Assembly (NCBI GenBank): GCA_946965045.2
Contig: OX337233.1
Coordinates: forward strand, 1 to 64,000
Reading direction: 5' to 3'
Source: Epithemia pelagica
Taxonomy: Eukaryota; Protista; Bacillariophyta
DNA: 64,000 bases
Shown: in pieces, positions 43,461 to 55,131 of the stretch
How positions within the stretch are numbered: the stretch's first letter is position 1
Layout: every line of letters begins with the position of its first letter
Made by a program: the position numbers and the translations under genes
The notes under the pieces: generated by a model
Databases searched by the model: none
What the model was told of the DNA's origin: nothing
What the model saw: only the letters and a program-made list of their open reading frames with translations

Positions 43461-46400
43461 ATGGAAGCGACACCTCCCAAGACACCGTTTACTCCTCCTG
43501 AGGACAAGTCAAGTCATATAACCAACCAAGATCTCTTCGACCATATAACTAAAGGCATCTTTGGTTGTAATGATGAACGAGCCCAATCACTTCAAAAGTG
43601 GATGCGACATCATGGTTTTGAACATATCCTTCATGTCCTCGACCATGTTGCAACTGACCCCGAGGAGACACTCAAGGATCTCATGCAATACAAGGTTGGG
43701 AAACAAGTCAACGACCTACAGACAAGTACAAGATTACAACTCAAACTAATGGCATATTGGTTACTACAACAACGGCAACTCCAACATGGAAAACTACCCC
43801 GTGCTACATTGATGAACCTCACGAGGGACCAATATGACGATTGGAGGATCAACACCGACTTTACCAAGTCTGGTATGAACCAAGACCCAGTTTCTCCTCT
43901 GAAATCACCTGCACACTCCGTATCATCCCGATCTCCCACTACATCCTCTACAACATCTCAATCCATGTTAGATCTCTCTGCTTTCAAGAAAGGAACCAAA
44001 AGAGATGCAACAGCATTTGAATCATTCAAAGACGAACGATACTTTGATTCGTTTTGGCGTGTATTCAAATCAACTGCGAAAGCACAAGGATTGTCGAATG
44101 TTCTTGATTTCGATTACAAGGTACCCAAGGATGACGAATGCGCAGAGTTACTTTTCCGAGAACAACAAGTCTTTGTCTATTCTGTACTTGTACGTATTAT
44201 CCAAACCGACCAAGGAAGAGCATATGTTCGAGAACATGAACATGATGAAGATGCAAGAGCCGTCTTGAAGAAACTCCATGTTCTACACACTGAATCTGAT
44301 CTAGCTAAGCGAGAAGTGTTACGCCTAACAAGCTACATTTCGAATCTTCGACTGGATGACTCTTGGCGTGGTACAACTCGTCAGTTTCTCCTACATTTTC
44401 AAGAACAGCTACGACTTCTGGATAACCTTGTACCACTGTCGGATCGTATCCATGACCATACAAGGATGACCTTCCTTATGCAAGCTGTTGAAAAGGTACC
44501 TGATTTAAGACGAGTCAAGATCTTGGATAACGTTGTCAACACGAAATCTGGAGCCAAGTCTCTCTGTTATCAATCATATTTCCGCCTGCTTCTTGATGCT
44601 GCTTTTGACCATGACCAAGCTACCCGAACCTCTACGTCTAACCGCCGTCGTCATGTAAAGCAACATGAATTTCAGTTGGATGAACCTTTTGAACCAGTGG
44701 AGCCCCCTGACTACCAGATCAACAACACGAATATCCAATCCGAAAAGTCCCCAACTTTGTCGAAAATCAGCCTTCCAAGAGATGTATGGTTTAAACTCTC
44801 TGAAGAGGATTGGCAAATCATTGTCGACTTCAATAAATCCGCCCAAGATTCCCCGACAACCCCACGCAAGGTCCAAACACATTCTCTTGACATTGATCCT
44901 GAACCGGACCCTGATCCTGATGCCAACAACATTGGTGATACCCATCAAGATGCACCAGAACAAGATCCATTCGATACATCCTCTGATCCGGTTACCCAGT
45001 TCGTACACCAGGCTATTGCATCGACAGATATCAATCATCCAGCATCTGACCTCAGCAACATCTTGTCAACTTCTACGACAAAGTCAAGTCCTAAAGTCAA
45101 GTTCAAGTCTTCTGCTGATCACAAGCAAAAGGTTCATATGTCACGATATCTATTCTCCCGCAAATCCACCTTTTCTGGTAATCAACTCATCGATCGAGGT
45201 GCCAATGGAGGCCTTGCAGGATCTGACATGCGTATCCTTGCCAAAACCGGACGTCATATTACCATCGTAGGTATTGACAATCATGAATTGACTGGCCTTC
45301 CAGTTGTTACCTGTGCTGCCAAGTTTGATACAAGTGATGGACCCATTATTGGTATCTTCAATGAGTATGCCCACTATGGAAAGGGTTTATCTATCCATGC
45401 CCCAGCGCAATTTGAACATTTCGGCCTATCTGTCGACGAACGATCCGTCAAGGTTGATGGCAAACAACGCATTACTACCCTTGATGGACGCGCATTGCCC
45501 TTACGAATCAAGGATGGCCTTGCATACATTCAATCTCTGGGAATCCCTTCTGATGACGATATGGATAAATATCCGCATATTGTGTTCACTTCACCCCATA
45601 TCTGGGATCCTTCTGTACTTGACCATACCCATCCAGACCCCCATCAAGACCCTGCACCGAACTGGACATCTGTGGAGACTGATGGTAGTATGGAAACGTA
45701 CCCCTATGACCAATATGGGGAGTATACCGATCGCTTTGTATGCACTTTGAATCTCCTCCTTGATCTCCCATATGATCATGGCCCCGATACACCTTCCTTC
45801 TTTTCCATCTATGCTGATCAAGATGGCAACGACCCCACACTTCATGCGTCTGTCCACAAACTCTACAAGGAACAATACGACTGGAAGAAATTTCGCCCTT
45901 TCTTTGGGTGGCAATCGGAAGACGTAATCGCCGATACGTTCAAGCATACAACTCGTCATGGACACATTTCCTTTGACCAGGATACCTTGAAGAAACACTT
46001 TAAGCCCCGGAATCCTATCCTTAACCTCCCACGACGGCATGAACCCGTTGCCACTGACTCCATCTTCTCCGACACCCCGGCTGTTAACCATGGTGGCAAG
46101 ATTGCTCAGATTTTTGTTGGTCGTGATACTTTGGTTACTGACATTTATGGTATCAAGTCTACCAAGCAATTCGTCAATACCCTCCAGGATAACATTCGTA
46201 CACGTGGTGTCATGGAGACTTTGATCAGTGATGGTGGTTCGTCACTTATTTCCCACAAGGTCAAGGATATTCTTCGCACCCTTCTGATTGGTGAATACCG
46301 TTCCGAGCCCTATCATCAACACCAGAACAAAGCTGAGAACCGCTACCAGACCGTTAAGCGTATGACCAATGCTATCATGAATGCCTCCGGTTGCCCTGCT

Positions 46401-49142
46401 TCTGCATGGTTACTTTGTTTAGAATATGTGTGTGACCTCCTCAATCACACTTCCTCTCCCACCCACTCTGGCCGCACCCCTCTTGAGGCTCTTACCGGTA
46501 CCCCACCCGACATTACCCATCTCCTTTTCTTTCCTTTCTGGGATGAGGTCTACTATCGTGTCGACCCTTCTGAACCTACCTCCGGTTCTTACCCTTCGTC
46601 TCCCGACGAGAAGATTGGCCACTGGGTTGGTTTTGCCCACAATGTTGGTGATGCGTTTACTTGGAAGATCCTCACTGCCGACAACGTCATCATCTACCGT
46701 TCCGCTGTCCGTCGCGTTGCCTCCACTACCCCCAACCTTCGTGTGGATATCTCTTCAGGGGAGGAGTCGCCGCATAAACCCACTGACAAGCAAGGTGACA
46801 CTGTCTTTATTCGCAGCAGAAGTGAAGACCCATCCACACCTATGCCAACAATTGACTACGACGATTTAGTTGGACGCACATTCCTTTGTGACACTGAAGA
46901 GAATGGGGAGCGCCACCGAGCACGAGTAATCAAACGAGTTGTCGACCTGGAACAAGATGCAACCAAACAAGAAGATCGACTCAAATATATCTTTCGCAAG
47001 TCTAACTCCAATGTTGATGAGATGATCTCCTACAACCAGCTCATGGAATACATTGAAAGGGATAATCAAGCCCAAACGACAGGGGATAGTCTCTTCCGAT
47101 TCAGAGACGTTATTGCACACCAAGGACCTTTGAACTCAAGCGACCCAGACTATAAAGGGAGTAAATATAATGTCCTTGTTGATTGGGAGACTGGGGAGAC
47201 GACATACGAACCTCTATCTCTTATTGCAAATGATGACCCCATCACAGTCGCCATCTATGCCAAGAAAAATGGTTTGCTGGATCTACCTGGATGGAAACAT
47301 CTCAAGCGATACGTCAAGACAAGCAAAAGACTCATTCGAGCAGCTAAACAATCCAGGATCAAACAAGTTCGTCGCTCTATCAAGTACAAGTTTGGTTTCC
47401 AAGTACCTTGCACCTATGAAGAAGCAGTGGAACTAGACAAGCAATTTGGGAACACGAAATGGCAAGACGCAACAGAATTGGAACTCTCACAGATCCAATC
47501 GTATAACACTTTCAAGGACCATGGAAAAGCCAAGTTCATTAATGGGAAATTGGCCAATGCACCAGAAGGATATCATAAGATAAGAGTACATCTGGTCTTT
47601 GATGTCAAGCATGACGGAAGGCACAAAGCACGACTTGTCGCAGATGGACATCTCACCAAGGAACCCGTTGAGACCATCTATTCAGGGGTTGTCTCCATTC
47701 GCAACCTTCGCATTGCCATATTTCTTGGAACCATGAACGACATGGAAATATGGGGAGCAGATATTGGGAACGCATACCTAGAAGCATTGACAGGAGAGAA
47801 GATTTTCATCATTGCAGGACCAGAGTTCAAGGAGTTAGAAGGACATATCTTGATCATCTACAAGGCATTATATGGTCTCAAATCCTCAGGTGCTCGCTGG
47901 CATGACAAACTGTTTGATGTTCTCATTGATATGGGATTTTCTCCAAGCAAGGCTGACCCTGATATCTGGATGAAGAAGGCTCCTGGAGAAGACTGTTATG
48001 AATATATCGCTGTATATGTTGATGACTTAGCTATCGTTGCCATGGACCCTGAAGCTGTCTGCAAGATCTTTACAGACAAATACAACTTCAAACTCAAAGG
48101 AGTCGGACCTATCGAGTATCATTGGGGGTGTCGTTATACCACAGATCCAGACGGTACACTTGTGTCTGACCCACGAAGGTACATCGAGAAGATGATGGAT
48201 AACTATGAGCGATTGTTCAATGAGAAACCCAAGAAAGCAAAGCCGCCAGTCATTGCTAACGATCATCCTGAACTCGATGACTCTGAGCTCTTAGATGAAG
48301 AGGGGACCCAGCATTTCCAGACTCTTATTGGACAACTGCAATGGCTAATTACCATTGGCCGTTTTGATGTCTTTCCTGCTACCATGACTCTATCAAGGTT
48401 CAGAGCTGCTCCAAGGATTGGTCATTTGAAGCGAGCTAAACGCATCTATGGATACCTCATGTCATTTCCTGATGGGTCTATCAGATTCCGCACTGGGGAG
48501 CCAGATTTATCAGCTTTACCTATCCAAGAATACGATTGGAGTCGTACCGTATACATGGACGCCAAGGAACGTATCCCTGAGGACTGTCCAACCCCACTTG
48601 GGCGTTTTGTGACAACTATACATTATGTCGACGCAAATCTCATGCATGATATGGTTACTGGGAAAGCAGTTACAGCCATCCTGCATTTTGTAAATGGTAC
48701 ACCCGTGGACTGGTACAGTAAGCGACAAGCCACAGTGGAAACAGCCACGTATGGATCTGAATTTGTTGCCGCAAGGACTGCAGTTGATCAGATCACGGAG
48801 CTACGCCTTACACTCCGATACTTGGGAGTCCCTCTGCGAGAGAAGAGTTACATGTTTGGAGATAACCGCTCTGTTGTTATCAATAGCACCACACCACACT
48901 CAATCATCTCCAAGAGGCACCATCTCCTATCCTATCACCGAGTCCGTGAAGCCATCGCTGCAAAGTACGTCGCATTCTACTGGAAAGATGGAAAGACAAA
49001 CCCAGCTGATATCCTCAGCAAACATTGGGAATTCGCCGCAGTTTGGCCCATGCTCAGATCTTTGTTATTCTGGAGAGGAAAAATCCAGGAAAGTGATGAG
49101 GGAATTGACAATCCTCATTCGACGAATTGTGGGGAGTGTTAG
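43461..49142 (+). CDS. gag-pol: Copia-3 single-ORF Gag-Pol polyprotein (1893 aa)
   Basis: Motifs: PR LIDRGANGG; IN ATDSIFSD..ISDGG..AENRY; RT HKARLVADG and VYVDD; RH YVDANL/ATYGSEF/FGDN. The stop codon lies within the 3' LTR (TGT TAG). Confidence 0.96.
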   Translation: MEATPPKTPFTPPEDKSSHITNQDLFDHITKGIFGCNDERAQSLQKWMRHHGFEHILHVLDHVATDPEETLKDLMQYKVGKQVNDLQTSTRLQLKLMAYWLLQQRQLQHGKLPRATLMNLTRDQYDDWRINTDFTKSGMNQDPVSPLKSPAHSVSSRSPTTSSTTSQSMLDLSAFKKGTKRDATAFESFKDERYFDSFWRVFKSTAKAQGLSNVLDFDYKVPKDDECAELLFREQQVFVYSVLVRIIQTDQGRAYVREHEHDEDARAVLKKLHVLHTESDLAKREVLRLTSYISNLRLDDSWRGTTRQFLLHFQEQLRLLDNLVPLSDRIHDHTRMTFLMQAVEKVPDLRRVKILDNVVNTKSGAKSLCYQSYFRLLLDAAFDHDQATRTSTSNRRRHVKQHEFQLDEPFEPVEPPDYQINNTNIQSEKSPTLSKISLPRDVWFKLSEEDWQIIVDFNKSAQDSPTTPRKVQTHSLDIDPEPDPDPDANNIGDTHQDAPEQDPFDTSSDPVTQFVHQAIASTDINHPASDLSNILSTSTTKSSPKVKFKSSADHKQKVHMSRYLFSRKSTFSGNQLIDRGANGGLAGSDMRILAKTGRHITIVGIDNHELTGLPVVTCAAKFDTSDGPIIGIFNEYAHYGKGLSIHAPAQFEHFGLSVDERSVKVDGKQRITTLDGRALPLRIKDGLAYIQSLGIPSDDDMDKYPHIVFTSPHIWDPSVLDHTHPDPHQDPAPNWTSVETDGSMETYPYDQYGEYTDRFVCTLNLLLDLPYDHGPDTPSFFSIYADQDGNDPTLHASVHKLYKEQYDWKKFRPFFGWQSEDVIADTFKHTTRHGHISFDQDTLKKHFKPRNPILNLPRRHEPVATDSIFSDTPAVNHGGKIAQIFVGRDTLVTDIYGIKSTKQFVNTLQDNIRTRGVMETLISDGGSSLISHKVKDILRTLLIGEYRSEPYHQHQNKAENRYQTVKRMTNAIMNASGCPASAWLLCLEYVCDLLNHTSSPTHSGRTPLEALTGTPPDITHLLFFPFWDEVYYRVDPSEPTSGSYPSSPDEKIGHWVGFAHNVGDAFTWKILTADNVIIYRSAVRRVASTTPNLRVDISSGEESPHKPTDKQGDTVFIRSRSEDPSTPMPTIDYDDLVGRTFLCDTEENGERHRARVIKRVVDLEQDATKQEDRLKYIFRKSNSNVDEMISYNQLMEYIERDNQAQTTGDSLFRFRDVIAHQGPLNSSDPDYKGSKYNVLVDWETGETTYEPLSLIANDDPITVAIYAKKNGLLDLPGWKHLKRYVKTSKRLIRAAKQSRIKQVRRSIKYKFGFQVPCTYEEAVELDKQFGNTKWQDATELELSQIQSYNTFKDHGKAKFINGKLANAPEGYHKIRVHLVFDVKHDGRHKARLVADGHLTKEPVETIYSGVVSIRNLRIAIFLGTMNDMEIWGADIGNAYLEALTGEKIFIIAGPEFKELEGHILIIYKALYGLKSSGARWHDKLFDVLIDMGFSPSKADPDIWMKKAPGEDCYEYIAVYVDDLAIVAMDPEAVCKIFTDKYNFKLKGVGPIEYHWGCRYTTDPDGTLVSDPRRYIEKMMDNYERLFNEKPKKAKPPVIANDHPELDDSELLDEEGTQHFQTLIGQLQWLITIGRFDVFPATMTLSRFRAAPRIGHLKRAKRIYGYLMSFPDGSIRFRTGEPDLSALPIQEYDWSRTVYMDAKERIPEDCPTPLGRFVTTIHYVDANLMHDMVTGKAVTAILHFVNGTPVDWYSKRQATVETATYGSEFVAARTAVDQITELRLTLRYLGVPLREKSYMFGDNRSVVINSTTPHSIISKRHHLLSYHRVREAIAAKYVAFYWKDGKTNPADILSKHWEFAAVWPMLRSLLFWRGKIQESDEGIDNPHSTNCGEC

Positions 49143-49894
49143 GATTCTCACCGAAAACTAGGTGGTGAAACCTACAACTCATCGAATGATGCTAGTATTT
49201 TATGGCATCCGATGACATTTTCCTAAAAGTGAGAAAAGAATGTCGGCATGCTCGCGAAACTATAAATTTGGCCACGGCATGCTCGCAGTGCACGCGTTAT
49301 CGGCGACCGCTCGGATATTAACTATGGCCCAACACGTGCGCGCCCAAAACTATCAAGTGCGCGCCTCTACTATCCGAGTACGCGCATCCACGATTCGACC
49401 TAACGGTCTATGTAATCAAAGCACGAATCACGATCACGCGAGACCATAACTCTGTTCCCACAAATCCAAGAATGCAAACAGCAACGCGCCCAGGACAAGA
49501 CTTATACCACGACAAAGCAAGAGCTGTTGCATCCCATACATGTTATCCATCACCCTATACATTCAATACACACCAATGCCGGTCTACTCCAACCAGTGAG
49601 GACCTATCACACCAGATCCATGGCCGTATACAAGAGCCAGGACTTCGGCACCATCAACCACCTTAGTTAGTAATCGTCTCACAATCATTAATATCACCAT
49701 TTTAACACTCATCTTAAGACTAACCTCTTATCAGTGGACCGACTGCCCCCACCCACGGCGGACTTCGACTTGCAACTCTTCTCTGACCCGTGGAGGATTG
49801 TTGTATCGGTTGGTGATTCGATTGTCGGCTCAGCGAGCCTTTTACCTATCCTACCTATCTGTCTAACCCCTGTTGAATCGAGAGAAGTTTATCA
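49137..49894 (+). repeat. Copia-3 3' LTR
   Basis: Direct repeat of 41595-42352. Confidence 0.96.
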
Positions 49895-51239
49895 CCTTGT
49901 CGCGGTGACCGGTCGAGGGATTGCGTGGTCCAGTGGATGGAGAAGGGGTGGGATTATGGCCAGGGGGGTGTTTCAGCGAATTGATGAGGGCATTCAAGCT
50001 TGCCTGGGTCATGGCACCCTTATGACCACCACTGCGATTCTGTCGAGGGGACGGAGTAGTTTTTGCGATTGCTTTGTTTGCTCCAAACGAGATAGGTGGC
50101 GCTTTGGAGTCAGGGGCATGCTGCTTGGGGCGCCACTCGCCATCCTTGACACTAACCAAATATTTTGTGTTTGCTGTTTCAATGATATCGGTATACCACA
50201 GCTTTTCTTTTCGCATTTTCAGATCAGCAGTGGTGCGATCCTGGAAGCGAACTTCAATGATGGTGTCGTTTAGATTCTTGGCCAAGTACATGAGCTCAAA
50301 CTTGGGAGTGTCTGGCCACTCGGCACGTAGTATATTGGTCATCAAGCTAGCGGTCAGGGTGTGATCATACAACCCAGCGGCGATAAGCGGTGGCGCCTTC
50401 TGCGAGAAGTCTTTGGTGAGTGCCATTATGTCTTGGCCCGGATATTTTTGAGGGTGTTCCCAGTGTTGCGGTGAGTCATGTGTTACTATTTTCACGAGCA
50501 CCATGAAAAGCTCGGGGAACGATTTGACGTCCCGTGCTTGATCCTGCACTTCCCTTTTGAATCCCTTTTCGAGACAGTCGAACAGGAAATCTCGTGCGCT
50601 TATATCATTGTTGCGATCATACTGATCGTACTGAGTCATCTGCACATCCATCAACTCCTTGACCTTGCTGGGAGTGTATTTGGGATGTTCAGTTACAATG
50701 AAGAGCATTTCGGTGGGATCAAGGGGATTACGTAAGTACGCAATTGAGTCCATGCCATGCATGACAAGGTGTTGCTCAATATCGTCCTTCAATCGACTAA
50801 AGTCTCCTTTCTTTTTGTCAAACTTGTCTTCAGGTCCTGTCACTCGGTCCTTGAACCGCTTGTCGTTGAAGGTACGTACTTGGAGTGCACGCAAGTATTC
50901 TTGTCTTGCGGTTGGGTCTAACGCAGTCCATTTTGCGTTGGGTTTCCCGTCAGTCCAGATGACAAACTCATCTCGTTTGCTCTGGAAGATGCCGCCGATC
51001 TTAGGCTTGGTCGGCTTAAACACAGTGGGTGGAGCGTCCTCCTCCTCGGTCATGCTTGTTTTTCTTGACTCACCAATCAACCCGTCGGAGTTTTGCAATC
51101 TACCGGTTTGTTGGGCGTTGTTGGTGTCCTCCTCGTTGTTTGTAATCCGCGCCCCTGGAACTCCTGTATCAGTGACAGTGGTTTCTTGCTGGGGTTGTTC
51201 GTCGGAATCAAGAGAGGATAGTAAGTCGAAACTTCCCAC
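49895..51239 (-). CDS. gag: Copia-2 Gag, 5' part (cut by the Copia-3 insertion)
   Basis: Gag-like ORF (HLVMHGMDSIAY..., FLFDCL...) between the PBS and the insertion site. The start codon is uncertain (GTG 51239). Confidence 0.85.
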
Positions 51240-51435
51240 TCCACTGGAGGAGGTTGGGGAGTCTTGGTCGTCAGCCGTGTTGGAGCTGGAGTCAGGTAGA
51301 AGCTAAATAGCTTCAGCGCGCAAAGCGGTCGGGTAGACGCAATAATCCACCAGAGCTAGTAGAAGGGACAAGCTCGATGTCTTGTCCTTGGGATCGATCG
51401 ACAGATAAAAGCGTAGGGTTTGTCAGCCTCTGTTT

Positions 51436-51448
51436 GGGCTCAATAACC
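51436..51448 (-). promoter_or_regulatory. Copia-2 PBS, half-tRNA-iMet type with one extra T
   Basis: The minus strand reads GGTTATTGAGCCC directly after the 5' LTR, versus the canonical GGTTATGAGCCC. Confidence 0.75.
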
Positions 51449-52163
51449 AGTTAAAGGAGGGTAGAAAGCTAACTCTAGACGATAGGGTTAGATACAGTAG
51501 TTTCTCTAGGTCAACCTATATGCACAATAGACGATGGGGCCCTCACCTTCTATCAGCGTAATAGGTCGACTTCTCCGTTACAAAGCAAGTTTGGTTATCA
51601 AACTGGATGTTTATAAAGAAGTGAAATTAAACTAAAGATTGTGTTTTTCATCTTGAGATGGTTTGGCTCCTCTCGGATCGTTTGGCCATCATCCCCCAAA
51701 ATCTAGTCGTACATGAGGAACGTATTCCTTGCTTCAGTGGACAAGTACTATGGAGCTACGATTAGGGACTAATAGGACTTGTTCTACTCCATAGAGGAAT
51801 GTGTTCCATCTTGGGTTGGATCTCCTGTTGATGAAGATCAAGTTCTATTCTCGAAGATCACGTTCTTTTCTCGATCCTCGATTTATGTAGCCCTTACTTC
51901 CGAGTGTAGCTCGTCCAGCGTACATCTCTTCCGAATAGTAGAGGGCATAGTTATGCTTATCCACAAATTCCTGTTGCGGGTCCGTCTGTCCGTTCAACGG
52001 CCTACTTCTATTTAAGTACACGTAATGAATCTTAGATACACGTCAAGGTTTGTGTCGCATACAGCGGTTTGTAACAGATGTCTCAAACCTGGACGATAAA
52101 CTAGGTGTGCTAGCTGGACTAGTTGATCGGATACAGACGTTGTAGAATAGCTATGTCTTAACT
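51449..52163 (-). repeat. Copia-2 5' LTR
   Basis: Direct repeat of 33522-34236. Confidence 0.95.
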
Positions 52164-52211
52164 CCCCACCCGTCTGTCTTCATCCCCCGTCTACAAACAT
52201 GCCTCATCCAT

Positions 52212-52556
52212 GTGGACCAAGAGACCAACAATCAAACAGCAAAAGTCAACGCCATGACGTCGAAGTCTAATTACGAAAAATTGGAGGAGATGGAAACCAT
52301 GGAAATGGAGTCTCAACACCAAAATATAGAAAAGATTGCTAGACTTACTGAAATCATAATGTTACTCAAGAAAAACAAGAAATCATACAGGCGACGCAGA
52401 TCAAGGATTCCACTCAAACGTGTGGACTGGAAGACGTTCTCGGAAGCCCACATGAAAAATAACGAGAAGGACTTCATCAAGTGTTTGAGGATGCCCCTGA
52501 AGGCCTTTGAAAAACTGCACGAGATTCTCAAGGATGATCTTCATAAGTATTTTTAA
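52212..52556 (+). pseudogene. N-terminal fragment of a Harbinger transposase
   Basis: DFIKCLRMPLKAFEKLHEILKDDL matches the F..(F)RM....F..L...L N-terminal helix motif of PIF/Harbinger transposases. No DDE core follows. Confidence 0.7.
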
Positions 52557-53334
52557 TGGAGGGATTGACTCCGGAAGAAATGGCATCTTCCACATGGTCG
52601 TTGTACACTTCATTCTTTTCGTCATCTTCTCGTTTTTCAAGTTTGCCATACGGATCTTGTTGAACTGCAACCTCGACCTCTACATCGCTGGCGTCGTCTT
52701 CTTGGTCTTTCTCGGCCGGGAATAGCATCTGTGGGGAGGGTTCCTTGTCCTTCATTGTCTCTGGGATGTCCTTGTGTTTGATAGGATTACACTCCGATCC
52801 ATTCACTTCATCCGTAACAGTCTTCCAAAATCGTTGGAAATGTGATCCGTTCCCTGTTTCTTGTACTGCCCTTGGCCTGGCATCATTAATTGTCATAAAA
52901 TCATCAATGTGATCACGATGGAAGATTACATTGATAATGCGACAGTGAGTTGACGGCACTTGTTCAAGGCGATGGTTGATCGTACCAATTTCTTGTTTCG
53001 TTCGTAGTAAGTGGTATCGCAATTCTGTCTTGTTGAGATTTCCCCTTGTTATACCAATCTTTCTAACCAGCTTTCTCAATAGATGGACTGACAGGTCCTT
53101 ATCCAGGTGGGCTGTCTGGTTGTCTCTTGAGATAGTACAGGCAACTTCGACCAGTTCCTCTTCTCCGAGCTGGTTTTTAATCATCCTAAATTCTGTGGTC
53201 AACTGGAAGTCATTTAGAGTTGATGTATCCAACGCATTCAAAAAGTCAGGCATGGGCTTCTCCACACGCTTTGGTTTTTTCTTGGATGGACCATCTTCAT
53301 GAGGTGCAGGGGTTGGCTGTGGAGGCTCCGCCAT
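52528..53334 (-). pseudogene. Harbinger accessory (Myb/SANT-like DNA-binding) ORF, probably 3'-truncated
   Basis: 268-codon ORF with CRIINVIFH...FMTIND...FQRFWKTVTDEVN. It is convergent with the transposase fragment and inside the TIRs. Confidence 0.6.
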
Positions 53335-55131
53335 GGTGGATGATGTCGAAGTTGGATTCGTTGTTCCGGTGGTTCCGGAGGGGCTAGAGGCGTAGGGGCC
53401 AAAAGACTACACCTAGACATGATAGACACTGTGTGAACTTTTTGTGACAAGTGAACAAGCGTTTCAAATCCGATTTTGTGAATTCACGAATTTTTCACGG
53501 CCACGTCATAACACATGTGCAAAATTGTGAACTTTTGTGAACTTTGTGAATGTTCACGAAAGATAAGACCAGCCCTCAGTTGTGAGCACTCACCAAAAAA
53601 GTTACTCTTCCGAATCTCTACCTAGCCTTTCCCAGCCAGTCACGGACGGGTGATCTTATGAAATCTCAGTCATCTTCCCCCACTCCCCACCAGTCATTGA
53701 AACAGGCAATTGCAAGGGCAATAGCAAAAAATATTGTTGAGGATGTGACGCAGTATCGTCTCGTTGGGCTAACCACGAACCAACAACCAGAAATCAAACA
53801 ACACACTCTCTGGAATGAAATGGAACCAAACGATGCAGCCAAACACCACTGTCTGGTATCATCGTCATTATCTTCATCATTGTCTTGTTGCTGTTGTTTG
53901 CAATTCACTGTGGGGTTGTCGTGGTCGGAGCGGTAATTCAGTGGTGACCTCTCAAGCTACCCTTGCTCGTTGGAAGGGCGTGACCTTGGTTCTTCTTTGT
54001 CGGTATCTCTTTCAACCATTGATCATCTTCCAAGACGACGCTGCATGTTTGGATGCATATGGTGCTCGCCGCTTCCACACGCTCTTGTGCGAATATCGAA
54101 AGGATTCGATCAGTCCCATCTACAACTTGATGCCAACAGCGACTTTCAAACCCTGAAGAGTATGCCAGCAGCGACTTTCAAACCCTGGAGAGTTTGCTAT
54201 ATAGTCGCCGCGCATTGTGGCTCGATTGAATGCCATTGAAGACCTTGCGACACTCGGGAATTGGGATGCTACATGCTACGTCGCCCCAGAAGCAAGATGG
54301 ACAATATCACACATTGCGTAGTCGAAGTGGTCAGGTTCCACCGCGCGGTTTGGGGTACTGACTGAGAATTCTCACCATACCTTTTGACCATGCTACACAT
54401 GTCCGATTCTTGGTTGGTGTTGAATTCCACTCGCTCTGGAACATACTGGTTGTTCAGGCAGTCCCACACCATAAGGTTACCCAGACTTTTACTTACCCAA
54501 AACCCTTTTTGCCATTGACGTCCAAACCATTGACCCCTGTTCCGACCACCACTTTCTCCTCAAGGCAAGAAAACAATCAACCGTATAGCCACAGCAAACG
54601 CTTACTGTCATTGATGTTTGGTTAGATCAAGGTAGCTCCGAGCATAGCGCGTCTCGGTCTGCCTCCAGTCACGAGAGTGTCTACGTGTCATGTGGACAAG
54701 GAGATTATGCATTCCGAGGATGGAAACGGATGGTGCGAGGGAGTTTGACTTGTCACGGAGAAAAACTTCAGGGACTGCCAAAGGACTCAAGAATATGACA
54801 CTAGCACTCAACACAGAGCAAAACTCTGCATAATCCATGACAGTGTTTTGTCGTGTCGGAACAGTCTCGTTCTCCCGGACACGCCATTGACATGATTTAT
54901 GATTTCATTTCTACTATAAGGACTCACATGATAATTCCACAGGTAGCAGACACTAAGAAAACTATTTGAAATCAAAAGGATTATTTGATAGTTTTACCAA
55001 TGTTAGGACATTAACGCAACATGATGCCCACTTCAAGTTTCATCGTTGCCTTCATCACCATGACGTGTATCGGGCCTTGCTCGTTTATGAGAGGTGGAGA
55101 AGGGTGAAATATGAACATGTCGAATATCCAT

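Larger units (their letters stand above)
41595..49894 (+). mobile_element. Copia-3: full-length Ty1/Copia element nested in Copia-2 gag, very recent
   Basis: 758-bp TG...CA LTRs at 41595-42352 and 49137-49894, identical by eye. TSD CCTTG at 41590-41594 and 49895-49899. PPT GGGGAG at 49131-49136. Confidence 0.97.
33522..52163 (-). mobile_element. Copia-2: full-length Ty1/Copia element, interrupted by Copia-3
   Basis: 715-bp LTRs at 33522-34236 and 51449-52163 with about six transitions between them. Flanks are CCCCG/CCCCA. PBS at 51436-51448; PPT GAGAGGGAG at 34237-34245 (minus strand). Confidence 0.95.
33391..53575 (+). mobile_element. PIF/Harbinger DNA transposon, internally deleted, interrupted by Copia-2/Copia-3
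   Basis: 40-bp TIRs GGGCTGGTCTTATCTT..GTGAACATTCACAAAGTTCACA (2 mismatches) at 33391-33430 and 53536-53575. The 3-bp TSD TCA lies on both sides. Two convergent truncated ORFs lie inside. Confidence 0.85.

Noticed and set aside
50659-51306. 215-aa antisense ORF over Copia-2 gag, and similar antisense ORFs over pol and kelch genes
   Set aside because: These are typical shadow ORFs of long coding strands and have no motifs.
52528-53334. Possible Fanzor/TnpB or other RNA-guided nuclease cargo in the DNA transposons
   Set aside because: No RuvC-type D...E...D with zinc-finger arrangement was seen in this or any other passenger ORF.
54130-54193. 32-bp tandem duplication ATGCCA(A/G)CAGCGACTTTCAAACCCTG(A/G)AGAGT
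   Set aside because: It is real but an ordinary local duplication with no further structure.
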